Positions 17,679 through 27,766 of a stretch of DNA of 64,000 bases are shown here, one piece after another. The notes beneath the pieces are model-generated. The model saw only the letters and a program-made list of their open reading frames with translations, was not told the origin of the DNA and ran no database searches. The DNA is from Candidatus Bathyarchaeia archaeon (GTDB lineage: Archaea; Thermoproteota; Bathyarchaeia; Bathyarchaeales; Bathycorpusculaceae), in the NCBI GenBank assembly GCA_038882955.1, contig JAVZNC010000001.1, positions 224,001 through 288,000 on the forward strand, read 5' to 3'. Numbering within the stretch: the stretch's first letter is position 1; each line of letters begins with the position of its first letter. Both the position numbers and the translations under genes were made by a program.

Positions 17679-17903
17679 TTAAAACTCGTTTAGGGTAAAT
17701 CCCTTTAAGTCCATGCTTTTCCATTGGATTGTTTCGCCGTTTATCGTTATGCTTTCCGCATTTACAAAGGATTGCCAAAGTTTTGCCTCAACGACTCTTT
17801 GTCGAAGGTTTTGTTTAATTTCTCTCATCAACTTAATTTTTTCTGCGTCTGAAACTTCTAGTAGGTTAATTTTCTTTTGGTTTTTCTTGTTTTTTGTGCC
17901 CAT
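17679..17903 (-). CDS. Small hypothetical protein
   Basis: AGGAGG SD before the ATG; divergent from the radical SAM gene. Confidence 0.6.
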   Translation of the reverse strand: MGTKNKKNQKKINLLEVSDAEKIKLMREIKQNLRQRVVEAKLWQSFVNAESITINGETIQWKSMDLKGFTLNEF

Positions 17904-18055
17904 GTTTGCTGTCCTCCTTTAACTTGACTTGTCGCATCTCTTAATAAATCAGTTCTTTCAGCGCTCGACATGTATCATTTACCGATACATACACGTATGC
18001 GCTTGGGAAAAATTATAAAGAGCTGCAGCTTGGATACATAGTTTAGTGGTTAAAA

Positions 18056-19573
18056 ATGCAGCTTGACCCCGTAGAAAACGCACTATTTTCGGCGACGATA
18101 AATCCGTTGCTTAGGGGTTTGATTAGCCGATTTGATAGAGAATGCCCAGAAGATGGTAGTCTCCTTCTAAACTCTTTGAAGGATTTTATTGGCGAAAACG
18201 TTTCCCTATGCCCCACATGCAGCCACATAAGCCGTACAATCGCAAAGCCCGTTTATGAGCTTGGAAGCCGTTTTCTGCGCGTGGACAAGGAGTTCATGAG
18301 AAAACAGTTCTTGGACAGCCAGTATGGCGAAGCTTGGTTCAGGGGCTTCGGGTTAATGATGAAGGGCATAGAAAAGTATGGTGTACGCGTACCATTCACT
18401 CCAGCCGGACCGTTTGAGATCGTCTGGAATTTCACGAGTATATGTAATTTAAGGTGTAAGCACTGTTATGAGGATGCAGGTAAAAAACGCGCCGAACTGA
18501 CAACGGAAGAGGCAAAAGAGGTTTTGGATATCCTCTCAAGGATTGCGGGGATAGGATTACCAGCGCTTTCCTTCAGCGGAGGCGAACCCCTCGCAAGAAA
18601 GGACTTCTTTGAACTTGCAGCTTACGCGAAGAAACGCGTGGGCTACGTAAGCATAGCCTCAAATGGAACATTGATCACAAAGGATGCTGCCAAAAAGATT
18701 AAGGATGCGGGAGTGGACTATGTGGAAATAAGCATAGACGGTGCAACCCCACAAGTGCATGACGACTTTAGAGGAATACCTGGAGCCTTTGAAAGAGCCA
18801 TAGAAGGCGTAAAGAACGCCATTGATGAAGGAATAGACACGTGCATAGCAACAGTTCTGCACAGAGATAACATCAAAGAACTTGACAAGCTCATAAACCT
18901 GGCAAAAGAATTAGATGTGCGCTTTATGCATTTCAATTACATACCAACTGGAAGGGCAAAAGCTTATGCCGAATTGGATTTAACGCCAGACGAGCGTCTC
19001 CACGTTTTAGAGGCAATCGGAAAGGAGATAATCAACCTATACTTGCAAGCAAAAGAAGAAGAACTAACGCATGGAAAGTCAAATGTGAAAGTTGACCGTT
19101 TCTTCAGCACATGCCCACAATACGCAAGCGTAACAAAGGAACTATCGCAAAAGGCTGGCGAAAAATTCGTTGTTGAGGCACATTATGCAGCGAAAAAGGG
19201 CGTGGAAAACGTTGCAAACTTTTTGGGCGGTTGCGGGGCTGGACGATTATATTGTTGTTTGGAGCCTAACGGCGACATTAAACCGTGCGTTTTCTTTCCA
19301 ACAAACAAAGAAACCATTTTGGGTAACATATTGAGGGATGACTTCGAAGAAATCTGGGATAAACATCCGCTTTTATGGGACTTACGCGTGAGAGAAAAAC
19401 TCGAAGACTACATAGTGGATGGAAAAAGGGTTGGATGTGGAAACTGCCCAGACAAATACATTTGTGGAGGGTGCCGTGCAAGAGCCCACAGCTACTTCAA
19501 TGGAAACGTGAAAGCTCCAGACATAGGATGCATTCACAATAAGCCCTTATGGGAAAAAATGGTTAGGAGATAA
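18056..19573 (+). CDS. Radical SAM/SPASM protein (candidate GMGT-synthase-like family)
   Basis: CNLRCKHC, FSGGEPL, GCGAGRLYC..PNGDIKPC, CGNC..CGGCRARA..D..C; extra N-terminal Cys domain. Confidence 0.85.
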   Translation: MQLDPVENALFSATINPLLRGLISRFDRECPEDGSLLLNSLKDFIGENVSLCPTCSHISRTIAKPVYELGSRFLRVDKEFMRKQFLDSQYGEAWFRGFGLMMKGIEKYGVRVPFTPAGPFEIVWNFTSICNLRCKHCYEDAGKKRAELTTEEAKEVLDILSRIAGIGLPALSFSGGEPLARKDFFELAAYAKKRVGYVSIASNGTLITKDAAKKIKDAGVDYVEISIDGATPQVHDDFRGIPGAFERAIEGVKNAIDEGIDTCIATVLHRDNIKELDKLINLAKELDVRFMHFNYIPTGRAKAYAELDLTPDERLHVLEAIGKEIINLYLQAKEEELTHGKSNVKVDRFFSTCPQYASVTKELSQKAGEKFVVEAHYAAKKGVENVANFLGGCGAGRLYCCLEPNGDIKPCVFFPTNKETILGNILRDDFEEIWDKHPLLWDLRVREKLEDYIVDGKRVGCGNCPDKYICGGCRARAHSYFNGNVKAPDIGCIHNKPLWEKMVRR

Positions 19574-19583
19574 ATGAGCGTGC

Positions 19584-19787
19584 CTATGCTTTTCCTTTTT
19601 CTTCCTTTCCAAAGTATACTGTCCACTTGAGCTTTCGCGCGTCCCTTTTAAGTTTTAAAGAACTCTTTCTACATTTGCTTGAGCAGAACCAGAATATTGT
19701 CCCGTCATTTTTAACGTACATTAACCCAGTGCCAGCTGGAAACTCACTTCCACAGAAAGAACATTTCCTCGGTCTAGGCAACGTCAA
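19584..19787 (-). CDS. rpl24e: 50S ribosomal protein L24e
   Basis: CSFCG..PAGTG.MYVKNDG..FCSSKC. Confidence 0.95.
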   Translation of the reverse strand: MTLPRPRKCSFCGSEFPAGTGLMYVKNDGTIFWFCSSKCRKSSLKLKRDARKLKWTVYFGKEEKGKA

Positions 19788-19814
19788 CCGCTCCCTTCAA
19801 TTCTAGCCCTTTTT

Positions 19815-20045
19815 CTACCTTGTTATCTTCTTCGCCTCTCTTTCAGTTTCCCTGAGCATCAGTATGTCTTGAACTCTCACTGGACCCTTAACGTTGCGCG
19901 TTATGATTCGCCCCTTATCCTTTCCCTCTAATATGCGGACTCTCACCTGTGTGATTTCGCCAGTAACGCCCGTACGCCCAATAACTTGAATTACCTCTGC
20001 AGGGGTAAGTTCTTCCTCAACAGCCTTCTTCTCTTCCTTGCTCAT
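19815..20045 (-). CDS. rps28e: 30S ribosomal protein S28e
   Basis: [23 protein letters not shown]. Confidence 0.95.
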   Translation of the reverse strand: MSKEEKKAVEEELTPAEVIQVIGRTGVTGEITQVRVRILEGKDKGRIITRNVKGPVRVQDILMLRETEREAKKITR

Positions 20046-20050
20046 TGCGT

Positions 20051-20425
20051 TTATCCTCTCTTAAGCTGCTCCACTTTGGCGACTATCTCTTTGACAAGAC
20101 CAGCAGCGTCTCCTTCCTTTACAATGCAAGCGGAGGCGGCGGGAACATCAATGCCGATGGCGTTGCCCAGTTTCTCTTTGCTTGGAACGTAAACGTATGG
20201 AATTTTTCTTTCCTCGCATAGTAGGGGCAAATGCGCCACAACCTCTGGCGGGTCAACATCCTCGGCGATCACTACAAGTTTGGCTTGAGCCCTTTCTATT
20301 GCTTTTGTAGTTTCGTTTGTGCCCTTCCTAACAGCCCCTGTTTTCGCGGCTATTTGTAGGGCTTCATAGGCTGCATCTGCGAGTTCCTTTGGAACTTCGA
20401 ACTTGACATAAAACGGTTTTGACAT
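20051..20425 (-). CDS. rpl7ae: 50S ribosomal protein L7Ae
   Basis: [32 protein letters not shown]; start set at MSKPFY. Confidence 0.95.
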   Translation of the reverse strand: MSKPFYVKFEVPKELADAAYEALQIAAKTGAVRKGTNETTKAIERAQAKLVVIAEDVDPPEVVAHLPLLCEERKIPYVYVPSKEKLGNAIGIDVPAASACIVKEGDAAGLVKEIVAKVEQLKRG

Positions 20426-20727
20426 GAGCCTCACCCAAATGCACAGTCTTATCAACAATTCTCATTTATTTAAGTTTCGTCTGGTAAGGAGAAAACATAT
20501 GTTCGCCAAAGTGAAATGTGACCATAAGAGGCGTTTACAAAAGAACGGTTTTAACACAATTATATAAAAGACGGAAAAAAGTTGAAAGGCGCAATCGTTT
20601 AAACTTGCTTATAAACCAGTTTCCACAAAAATTGCGTTTTGAGAAATCATTCACAAAATAATGTAGAAATGTTTAAATAAAATGATTCGTTGAAACCTTT
20701 TACTTTTCGTGAGGGGAAAATGAAAGC

Positions 20728-20985
20728 TTGCAGAGATTAGGCAGAGTCCTCCACATAACTCCAAACCACAACATCGTTGTGAAGGTTGAAAATACTCCGA
20801 AGGTTGGAGAAAAGGTCGTTGATGAAAACATGAAACCAGTAGGAAAAGTTTTCGACATAATAGGGCCTGTACACGCGCCCTATGCAATAATAAAACCAAA
20901 TATTAAAGAGGAAAAAAGCCTTACAGACAAAACGTTGTACACGCTTCCCCTCGAGAGGAGAAAGGAGAAGATGATAAATGAGTGA
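20728..20985 (+). CDS. gar1: H/ACA RNP protein Gar1
   Basis: [19 protein letters not shown]; sits upstream of tfb. Confidence 0.85.
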   Translation: MQRLGRVLHITPNHNIVVKVENTPKVGEKVVDENMKPVGKVFDIIGPVHAPYAIIKPNIKEEKSLTDKTLYTLPLERRKEKMINE

Positions 20986-21952
20986 CGATCTGGAAGGATC
21001 CGAGGGGGCAGATTCTTCATCACCGACACCCACGCTTGAACATGCAAAGATTCAACGCTGCCCAGAATGCGGCAGCACCAGGCTCATGCGAGATTACGAA
21101 TGCGCCGAAATAGTTTGTATGGACTGCGGCGTGGTTATAGCCGCAAAAATAGCAGATAGGGGCCCAGAGTGGAGGGCATTTGATGACGAGCAAAGAAGCA
21201 AAAGAACGAGGGTTGGCGCACCATTAACCTACACGATTCATGATAAGGGCCTTTCAACAATGATTGACTGGCATGACAGAGACATTTACGGAAAAAGCCT
21301 ATCCCCTGGGCAGAAAGCGCAAGTTTATCGACTCAGAAAGTGGCAGCGCCGCATAAGAGTTTCAGACGCGACGGAGCGAAACCTCGCTTTCGCTTTGTCA
21401 GAAATAACGAAAATTGCTACTAACTTAAGCTTGCCAAAAAATATCCTTGAAACAGCCTCTGTCATTTATAGAAAAGCCGTGAAGGAAAGGCTAATCCGTG
21501 GAAGGTCAATTCAAGGCGTAACAGCCGCAGCAATTTATTTGGCTTGCAGACAATGCGGATTGGCAAGGACACTGGAGGAAATAGCTCAAGCTTCAAGCGT
21601 CAACAAAAAAGAGGTTGGACGCAGCTACCGCTTCTTAATAAAGGAACTGGAATATTCCATACCACCCTTGAAACCAAGCCAATACATTACGAAATTTTCA
21701 AACCAGCTAACAATGCAAGGAAAAGTTGAGGAAATCGCCCACAAAATATTAGCAGCAGCAAAAGAGCTAAAACTAACATCTGGACGCGGCCCAACCGGAA
21801 TAGCGGCTGCAGCAAGCTACATAGCTTCCGTCTTGACTGGTGAGAGGAAGACTCAGAGGGAAATTGCCGAGATTGCGCAGGTCACGGAGGTTACTATTCG
21901 AAATAGGTATAAGGAACTCGTTGAAAGGTTGATGTTTCAAATAAGCATCTGA
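20978..21952 (+). CDS. tfb: Transcription initiation factor IIB
   Basis: CPECGS zinc ribbon, GPEWRAF, two cyclin repeats, [13 protein letters not shown]. Confidence 0.97.
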   Translation: MSDDLEGSEGADSSSPTPTLEHAKIQRCPECGSTRLMRDYECAEIVCMDCGVVIAAKIADRGPEWRAFDDEQRSKRTRVGAPLTYTIHDKGLSTMIDWHDRDIYGKSLSPGQKAQVYRLRKWQRRIRVSDATERNLAFALSEITKIATNLSLPKNILETASVIYRKAVKERLIRGRSIQGVTAAAIYLACRQCGLARTLEEIAQASSVNKKEVGRSYRFLIKELEYSIPPLKPSQYITKFSNQLTMQGKVEEIAHKILAAAKELKLTSGRGPTGIAAAASYIASVLTGERKTQREIAEIAQVTEVTIRNRYKELVERLMFQISI

Positions 21953-21995
21953 CGCGAAGCATCACTTTCCCATTTATTTTTTTGTTCTGAAATTT

Positions 21996-22316
21996 CTATA
22001 GTAGTTCTTCTTCCTCATTGCAGCTTTGGCACTCTTCTTGTTTTTCCTCTTCCTCTTCTTCGCTGAGGAGAGTTGACGCCACTTCACGAAGTTCTTGAAG
22101 AAACTCTCTTGGAATTTTACCCTTTAAGGTTTTAACTTCCTCCCTCAACTTGTCAACTTCACTTTCTAAACTCTTCGCTTTTTCGCTTAGCTCTACAACC
22201 TCTTTAAGCTGTTTAACCTCCTCCAGAAGCATCGCCTTCTCCTTCTCCAACATCCTAATTTTATCTTCAAGCTTGCTCTTCATCTCACCGACTTGCATAA
22301 ATTTCGCACATCCCAA
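21996..22316 (-). CDS. Coiled-coil protein with acidic CxxC tail (start possibly at MKSKLE)
   Basis: Heptad repeat similar to the C-terminus of 22424-22855. Confidence 0.75.
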   Translation of the reverse strand: MGCAKFMQVGEMKSKLEDKIRMLEKEKAMLLEEVKQLKEVVELSEKAKSLESEVDKLREEVKTLKGKIPREFLQELREVASTLLSEEEEEEKQEECQSCNEEEELL

Positions 22317-22423
22317 ACATTCTATATTTTGGCTCTCGAAATTAATAATTTACCACACACTGTTGTTTCAAAACACATTTTAGACAAAAGTTAAATAATT
22401 ATCTATGAGGGGGGGAGAGTTGC

Positions 22424-22855
22424 TTGGTTAAATGCCCAAAGTGCGGAGCAGAAGTACTGCATCCCGTTAAAACTTGGCCTATTCCTTCTCGAAGAGCAGC
22501 AGAGAAAGCAGGAGAATCAAAACTTTCTGTAGGGATATTTGATTGTCCAAAGTGTGGAGCTAGGTTTAGAGCGGCTTTAGAAGTTGAAACCAAGCTTGAA
22601 GAGACAGTAAGTATTAAAAACATGGTGGAAAGAATTAAAGGGATAAGGGAAGAGCTTATGCAGACGCTGAAGAACCTGCGTGAAAAAATTAAGACTTTAG
22701 AAACTGAAAGAGCAAACTTGATGATTGAAATTGAAAAGTTGAGGAAAGCCGCTGAATCGAAAGCAAGCGCGTTGGAAAGCGAAGTAAACATGCTGCGAGA
22801 AGAAGTGCGATCTTTAAGGGAACTTCTGGGGTACACGGAAGAAAAAGAGAAATAA
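22424..22855 (+). CDS. Cren7-like zinc-ribbon domain fused to a long coiled coil
   Basis: PVKTW.I...VGIFDCPKCGARFRAAL resembles Cren7 PEKVWAL...IGLFKDPETGKYFRHKL. Confidence 0.7.
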   Translation: MVKCPKCGAEVLHPVKTWPIPSRRAAEKAGESKLSVGIFDCPKCGARFRAALEVETKLEETVSIKNMVERIKGIREELMQTLKNLREKIKTLETERANLMIEIEKLRKAAESKASALESEVNMLREEVRSLRELLGYTEEKEK

Positions 22856-22863
22856 TGAATTGA

Positions 22864-23256
22864 CTATTCCTTCAAAAATTTCTTATAATATTCTTGAGCC
22901 AATGCTACCGCTTTTTCTGGATTCTTTAGTATTGGATAAGAAACTCCTGAAATCTTTTGACATTCGCTGAAATATTCAACAACCTTTTTTACATTGCCTT
23001 CATATATTGCTAAGCCACCAGCAATTCTATACCATAAATTCGCCTTAACAAGGTCTTTTTCTTTCTCGGCTTTCTTCGCGTTTTCAGCAGCCTCCTTCAT
23101 TGTAACCCCGAGTTTTTTGGGGTTAAGATACATCGTGTTCAGCAAGGCTTCGTATGTTTCTTTGTCATCCCCGCAAAGTTGTTCAAGCTCCGTTAACTGC
23201 CTCGGTTTCTCATCACTTTTTTTCTCCTTTCTTCTAAATCTGCCAAGCAAACCCAA
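22864..23256 (-). CDS. Hypothetical helical protein
   Basis: 130-aa ORF with GAGGAGG SD. Confidence 0.75.
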   Translation of the reverse strand: MGLLGRFRRKEKKSDEKPRQLTELEQLCGDDKETYEALLNTMYLNPKKLGVTMKEAAENAKKAEKEKDLVKANLWYRIAGGLAIYEGNVKKVVEYFSECQKISGVSYPILKNPEKAVALAQEYYKKFLKE

Positions 23257-23339
23257 AGTTAAGCCTCCTCAAACAGCCTCGATTTGGATTAAAATAAAAC
23301 ATAGTTAACTTTAAAAGTTTGTCCTTCTTTTCATTGGTT

Positions 23340-23954
23340 ATGCCATATAAGTTCACGTTTGACCTTTCGAGTATTCCACGCTTGTTTTTCAATGAAATAG
23401 CTAAGGTTAGTTACCGGAAGAGTTTACATAAAAAAGTTGGGAAGACGATGCTTGGAATAATAGAGAAGTTTAAACTTCAAGAGATAACTGGTCTTAACTT
23501 GTCTGATATTGTTGTTCTCTTGCAGGATCTTGTCGAGATTCAAGCGAAAAATCTTTCGGAAAGGGAGAAGTTTGTGCAAACGCAGAGGAGAGCCCTATTC
23601 TTGCCGCATTGCTCAAGAAAATACATGGATAGTAGGTGTAAGGCAACTTTTAATCCGGACTTGCCAACTTATGTTTGTGCGCATTGTTCTCCAGACTGCC
23701 TGATTAATAAAACTGTGACCTTCGCTGAAAAGAAAGGTTATGACGTTTACATATTGCCTGGCGGTTCATGTGTCGCTAAAATTTTGAGTTCTAAACATTA
23801 CGATGGTGTTGTTGGGGTTGCCTGCGGTGAGGAAATCAAAATTAGTAGTGAAGCATTGAAGAATTTGGATGTTGCTGGTCAAGCTGTGCCTTTAATTAAG
23901 AATGGATGTGCAAACACGGTTTTTAACGTTGAAGCTTTGTTTAAAACTCTTTAG
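23340..23954 (+). CDS. DUF116-family protein
   Basis: LFLPHC, CAHCSPDC, YILPGGS, GVAC, GCANT. Confidence 0.82.
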   Translation: MPYKFTFDLSSIPRLFFNEIAKVSYRKSLHKKVGKTMLGIIEKFKLQEITGLNLSDIVVLLQDLVEIQAKNLSEREKFVQTQRRALFLPHCSRKYMDSRCKATFNPDLPTYVCAHCSPDCLINKTVTFAEKKGYDVYILPGGSCVAKILSSKHYDGVVGVACGEEIKISSEALKNLDVAGQAVPLIKNGCANTVFNVEALFKTL

Positions 23955-23965
23955 AACGCCGTAAT

Positions 23966-24127
23966 CTACTTTATTATTTCTCTTTTCTTCCAACGTAGGT
24001 TCCTGCTCCGGCAACGCCTACACTTGACAGCGCTTTCCGCGTTTCTGGCACCGCATTCTCTGCATATTTTCATGTAGAGCCTATGTTTTTGGGCAAGCGT
24101 CTTTTTGAGCGGATCCATTATCGGCAT
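23966..24127 (-). CDS. rpl40e: 50S ribosomal protein L40e (not in the ORF track)
   Basis: Manual translation: MPIMDPLKKTLAQKHRLYMKICRECGARNAESAVKCRRCRSRNLRWKKREIIK*. Confidence 0.93.
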   Translation of the reverse strand: MPIMDPLKKTLAQKHRLYMKICRECGARNAESAVKCRRCRSRNLRWKKREIIK

Positions 24128-24190
24128 TTTCTTAACCTCTCACGTGGCTAAGACTCAAATGCTTAACAGTTAGATATACTTTACGCGCAG

Positions 24191-25054
24191 TTATTGGCTG
24201 ATAAGTTTGGTTACGTCGTTTGGTTTTTCGGCAACTTTTATTCCTGCCCTCTTAAGTGCTTCAATTTTAGTTTCTGCTGTTCCAGCTTTACCCATTATTA
24301 TCGCGCCAGCATGTCCCATGCGTTTTCCGGGTGGAGCGGAACGTCCGGCTATGTATGCCACTATGGGTTTTGGATAGCTTGTCTTTGCCACGTATTCAGC
24401 CGCTAATTCTTCGAGGTTTCCACCTATTTCACCTATTAAAACAACAGCCTTTGTCTGCTCGTCTTTCTCGAACATCTTTAGAACATCAATGAAGTTTAAA
24501 CCTGTTATTGGGTCTCCGCCAACACCTAGGCATGTGGATTGCCCAAGATTTTTTGCGGTTAAGCCAGCGGCTATTTCATACGTAAGTGTTCCGCTTCTTG
24601 AAACAATCCCGACGTTTCCAGGCTTAAAAATGTGTGACGGCATTATTCCAAGCTTGCTTTCCCTAGGGGTTATTATACCAGGCGTGTTTGGTCCAATTAT
24701 TGTGGCGTTTAACTGTTTTGCGCGTGCCACCATGTTGATTGCGTCTTTTATTGGGATGTGCTCGGTTATTACTACAACTGTTTTTATTCCGTTTTCTAGG
24801 GCTTCCAGAACCGCGTCCGCCGCGAATGGCGCGGGCACAAAGATTATGGCTGCGTTTGCATTATGCTTTTCTTGGGCTTCTTCTCCGCTGTCGTACACTG
24901 GGACTCCATGAATTGTTGTTCCACCTTTTCCTGGAGTAACCCCAGCAAAGATTTTTGTTCCATATTCCAGCATTAGTTTTGTATGAAAGCTTCCTTGCGT
25001 GCCGGTTATTCCCCAAACAACCGCTTTTGTGTCTTTTCCAATTAGTATTCCCAT
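24191..25054 (-). CDS. sucD: Succinyl-CoA synthetase alpha subunit
   Basis: GVTPGKGG, IGPNTPG, SRSGTLTYE, RMGHAGA. Confidence 0.94.
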   Translation of the reverse strand: MGILIGKDTKAVVWGITGTQGSFHTKLMLEYGTKIFAGVTPGKGGTTIHGVPVYDSGEEAQEKHNANAAIIFVPAPFAADAVLEALENGIKTVVVITEHIPIKDAINMVARAKQLNATIIGPNTPGIITPRESKLGIMPSHIFKPGNVGIVSRSGTLTYEIAAGLTAKNLGQSTCLGVGGDPITGLNFIDVLKMFEKDEQTKAVVLIGEIGGNLEELAAEYVAKTSYPKPIVAYIAGRSAPPGKRMGHAGAIIMGKAGTAETKIEALKRAGIKVAEKPNDVTKLISQ

Positions 25055-25055
25055 G

Positions 25056-26204
25056 CTATTTGCCTCCGCTTTTGGCGATTTCAACTACCCTTTGTGCGGC
25101 TTTTTCCATGCTTTCGAGCACGTCTATTCCTGCTTCTGTGAGGATTTTTTTGCCTTCTTCCTCGTTTGTGCCAACAAGCCTAATGACCATGGGTTTTGTG
25201 ACGCTGACCTTTTCTTTTGCTTCTAGGATTCCCTTTGCAACGTCGTCGCAGCGTGTGATTCCGCCGAGTATGTTTATGAAAAGTGCTTTGATGTTTTTGT
25301 CTGATAAGACTATTTGTAGAGCTGCGGCGATTTTTTCTGGTGGTGCTCCGCCGCCAACATCTAGAAAGTTTGCCGGTTTTCCACCATAAACTTGTATTGT
25401 GTCCAATGTTGCCATTACTAAGCCAGCTCCGTTTCCTATTACGCCTATGTCCCCGTCCAATTTGACGTATGCCAAATCGTTTTTCATAGCCTCAATTTCC
25501 TGTGGTGTTAGCTCACCTTCGCCTTCCATGAGCCTCCTTTTGTATTCTGGGTGGCGGAACAACGCATTATCATCAATTATGATTCTTGCGTCTGCTGCAA
25601 CAAATTTTCCGTCAACAGTTTCTATAAGCGGGTTCATCTCGATTAATTCCGCATCGTAATCCATTCCTACGCGATAAAGTTTTTCGAAGAGCCTGCCAAG
25701 CCCTGAAAGTGCACTGCCGCTGTAGCCTATTCTTTTCGCGATTTGGCGGGCTTGAAAGGGATGAAAGCCACGTATTGGGTCTATTGGAAATTTTATGACT
25801 TTTTCGGGTGATTTTTGGGCAACCTCTTCTATTTCCATTCCGCCGACGGCAGACGCAATTGCAACATAGCTTCGAGCGAAACGGTCTATCGTTATGCCAA
25901 AGTAAAGTTCCTTTTTCGTTTGGATTTTTTCCTCAATCCAAACGCTTTTGACTGGTATGCCCTTTATCTGCATACTTAAAAGTTTATCCGTTGCCCGTTC
26001 CGCCTCGTCTACAGAATCGGCGAATAATATTCCGCCGGCTTTTCCTCTTCCAGCAACAAGAACTTGCGCTTTAACAGCGAGTGGTGGTTTTAGTTTGGAT
26101 GCTACTTCGTGGGCTTGGTTCACGCTTGTTGCCAATCCGCCTTGCGGCGTGGGTATTCCAAATTTTGCAAGTATAGCTTTTGCTTCGTACTCGAACAGTT
26201 TCAT
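25056..26204 (-). CDS. sucC: Succinyl-CoA synthetase beta subunit
   Basis: LFEYEAK, GRGKAGG, GNGAGLVMATLD, PANFLDVGGG. Confidence 0.94.
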   Translation of the reverse strand: MKLFEYEAKAILAKFGIPTPQGGLATSVNQAHEVASKLKPPLAVKAQVLVAGRGKAGGILFADSVDEAERATDKLLSMQIKGIPVKSVWIEEKIQTKKELYFGITIDRFARSYVAIASAVGGMEIEEVAQKSPEKVIKFPIDPIRGFHPFQARQIAKRIGYSGSALSGLGRLFEKLYRVGMDYDAELIEMNPLIETVDGKFVAADARIIIDDNALFRHPEYKRRLMEGEGELTPQEIEAMKNDLAYVKLDGDIGVIGNGAGLVMATLDTIQVYGGKPANFLDVGGGAPPEKIAAALQIVLSDKNIKALFINILGGITRCDDVAKGILEAKEKVSVTKPMVIRLVGTNEEEGKKILTEAGIDVLESMEKAAQRVVEIAKSGGK

Positions 26205-26217
26205 TGCGTTGAACCCC

Positions 26218-26676
26218 TCACTTTATTGTTTCTATTGTAACGTACGATTTTGTATCTTGTATCCCATCAATGGCAGATAATTTTTTCAGCACTTCGTCGA
26301 GTTTTTCACCATCAACCATTAAGAGGGCGTCGACATCGCCAGCTATTCTAAAGGCTCTCTGAACAGCTAACTCCTTAACTTTCTCGTAAGCGAGCGTTCT
26401 TTTGTGCGGCAGCACTTTGAGAAGCACGAAGGCTGGGTTAACGGATAAGCCAAGTGCATTTAGTCCCTTCTCTGTTATGTCTATGAAACCTCTCCCAGTG
26501 CGAATATAGTTTAGGTCTCTTAGCTTTCTTAAATGTACGTTTAATGCTTGTCTGCTTATGCCCATCTGTTTCGCTAATGCTTCTTGTTTTACGGAAAGCG
26601 TGTAAGTGCTTGTGGCTTTACCCTTTTCATAAATCATCTTCAACAATTGCAATGAGCGTCTTGTAAGAGCTTCCAT
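26218..26676 (-). CDS. Lrp/AsnC-type transcriptional regulator
   Basis: HTH QEALAKQMGISRQALNVHLRKL plus RAM-like domain. Confidence 0.85.
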   Translation of the reverse strand: MEALTRRSLQLLKMIYEKGKATSTYTLSVKQEALAKQMGISRQALNVHLRKLRDLNYIRTGRGFIDITEKGLNALGLSVNPAFVLLKVLPHKRTLAYEKVKELAVQRAFRIAGDVDALLMVDGEKLDEVLKKLSAIDGIQDTKSYVTIETIK

Positions 26677-26884
26677 CTTCTTGCCTCTTACCTTTGTTAA
26701 ATAGAACTTTTACAATAGTTATCAATTATTTAAGAATTTAGCAATGATGAGGGCCGATAAAACGTCTACTTTTAAACATCGATTCTGTTTCAAGTAGAAG
26801 ATAGTACCGCAATGTATTTATTTAACGATAAAAATGGTTATGAAGCCATAGAAAAAGTGAAAACTAGGAGTGAGGCGGTACAAA

Positions 26885-27163
26885 ATGTCAGAGAGCAACT
26901 CAGTGCTCATCGGGAATAAGCCAGTAATGAACTATGTACTGGCTTGCATAACCCTCTTTCACGGCGGAGCGAAAGAAGTAAACGTGAAGGCTAGAGGGCG
27001 ATCAATAAGCCGTGCAGTAGACGTCGTTGAAGTCGTGAGGCGCAGGTTCCTTCCAGACGTTAAAGTCAAGAAAGTTGGCATCGGAACTCAGTCAATGGCC
27101 CCCAGAGAAGAGGGTGGCACGCCAACAAACGTCAGCACAATCGAGATAACTCTTGAGCGATAG
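26885..27163 (+). CDS. albA: Chromatin protein Alba
   Basis: [31 protein letters not shown]. Confidence 0.95.
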   Translation: MSESNSVLIGNKPVMNYVLACITLFHGGAKEVNVKARGRSISRAVDVVEVVRRRFLPDVKVKKVGIGTQSMAPREEGGTPTNVSTIEITLER

Positions 27164-27213
27164 AACAGCGTATTTCGGTACGCTTTCAATGCTCCGCCGC
27201 CCCTCCTTTATTT

Positions 27214-27747
27214 GTGTGGAGGGCGCTTTTCAAGGTGAAAACAGCGTTATGTAGTTTCTGTCTTAAGAGTGGGATACTGTGTCCAAAGTGTTCAGCTAGG
27301 GTTAAGTCTGGCGAAGTAACTGAGCTTGATTTGAAAATTGCCCGTTTGCTGTTGCCCCTAGAAGAAAAGTATCCTTCACTTCAGAATGTGCATTTTCACG
27401 GGGCAGTTGAGGCTGACAACACCTTAGCAATTATTGTTGGACCTGGCGACGTTGCGCGTATTTTGGGTTATGGCGGCAAAATTATTAAAGCCTTAAGTGA
27501 GGAAACTGGCAAGAATATCCGCGTCTTGGAGCATGGTGTTGATAACAGAAAGTTTTTGGAGGATTTGTTCGCTCCGTTAAGCATCGTCACCATCAACACT
27601 ATTTGGCTGCCTGATGGCACAACTGAAACACGTGTTATTCTACGAAAGCGAAGGCGCGATTCTCGTTTGCCTTTCAATGTAAAGGCTTTAAAGGAAATTG
27701 CGCGTAAAGTTCGCAGTATGACGTTGCGCGTGGAGTTTGCAGATTAA
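27214..27747 (+). CDS. Archaeal NusA-like KH/zinc-finger protein
   Basis: CSFCLKSGILCPKC, LGYGGKIIK, NTIWLPDG. Confidence 0.8.
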   Translation: MWRALFKVKTALCSFCLKSGILCPKCSARVKSGEVTELDLKIARLLLPLEEKYPSLQNVHFHGAVEADNTLAIIVGPGDVARILGYGGKIIKALSEETGKNIRVLEHGVDNRKFLEDLFAPLSIVTINTIWLPDGTTETRVILRKRRRDSRLPFNVKALKEIARKVRSMTLRVEFAD

Positions 27748-27766
27748 AGGCGGATGGTGAACAGCC

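Noticed and set aside
26744-26790. ATGATGA as the C box of a second C/D sRNA
   Set aside because: No CTGA D box at a suitable distance
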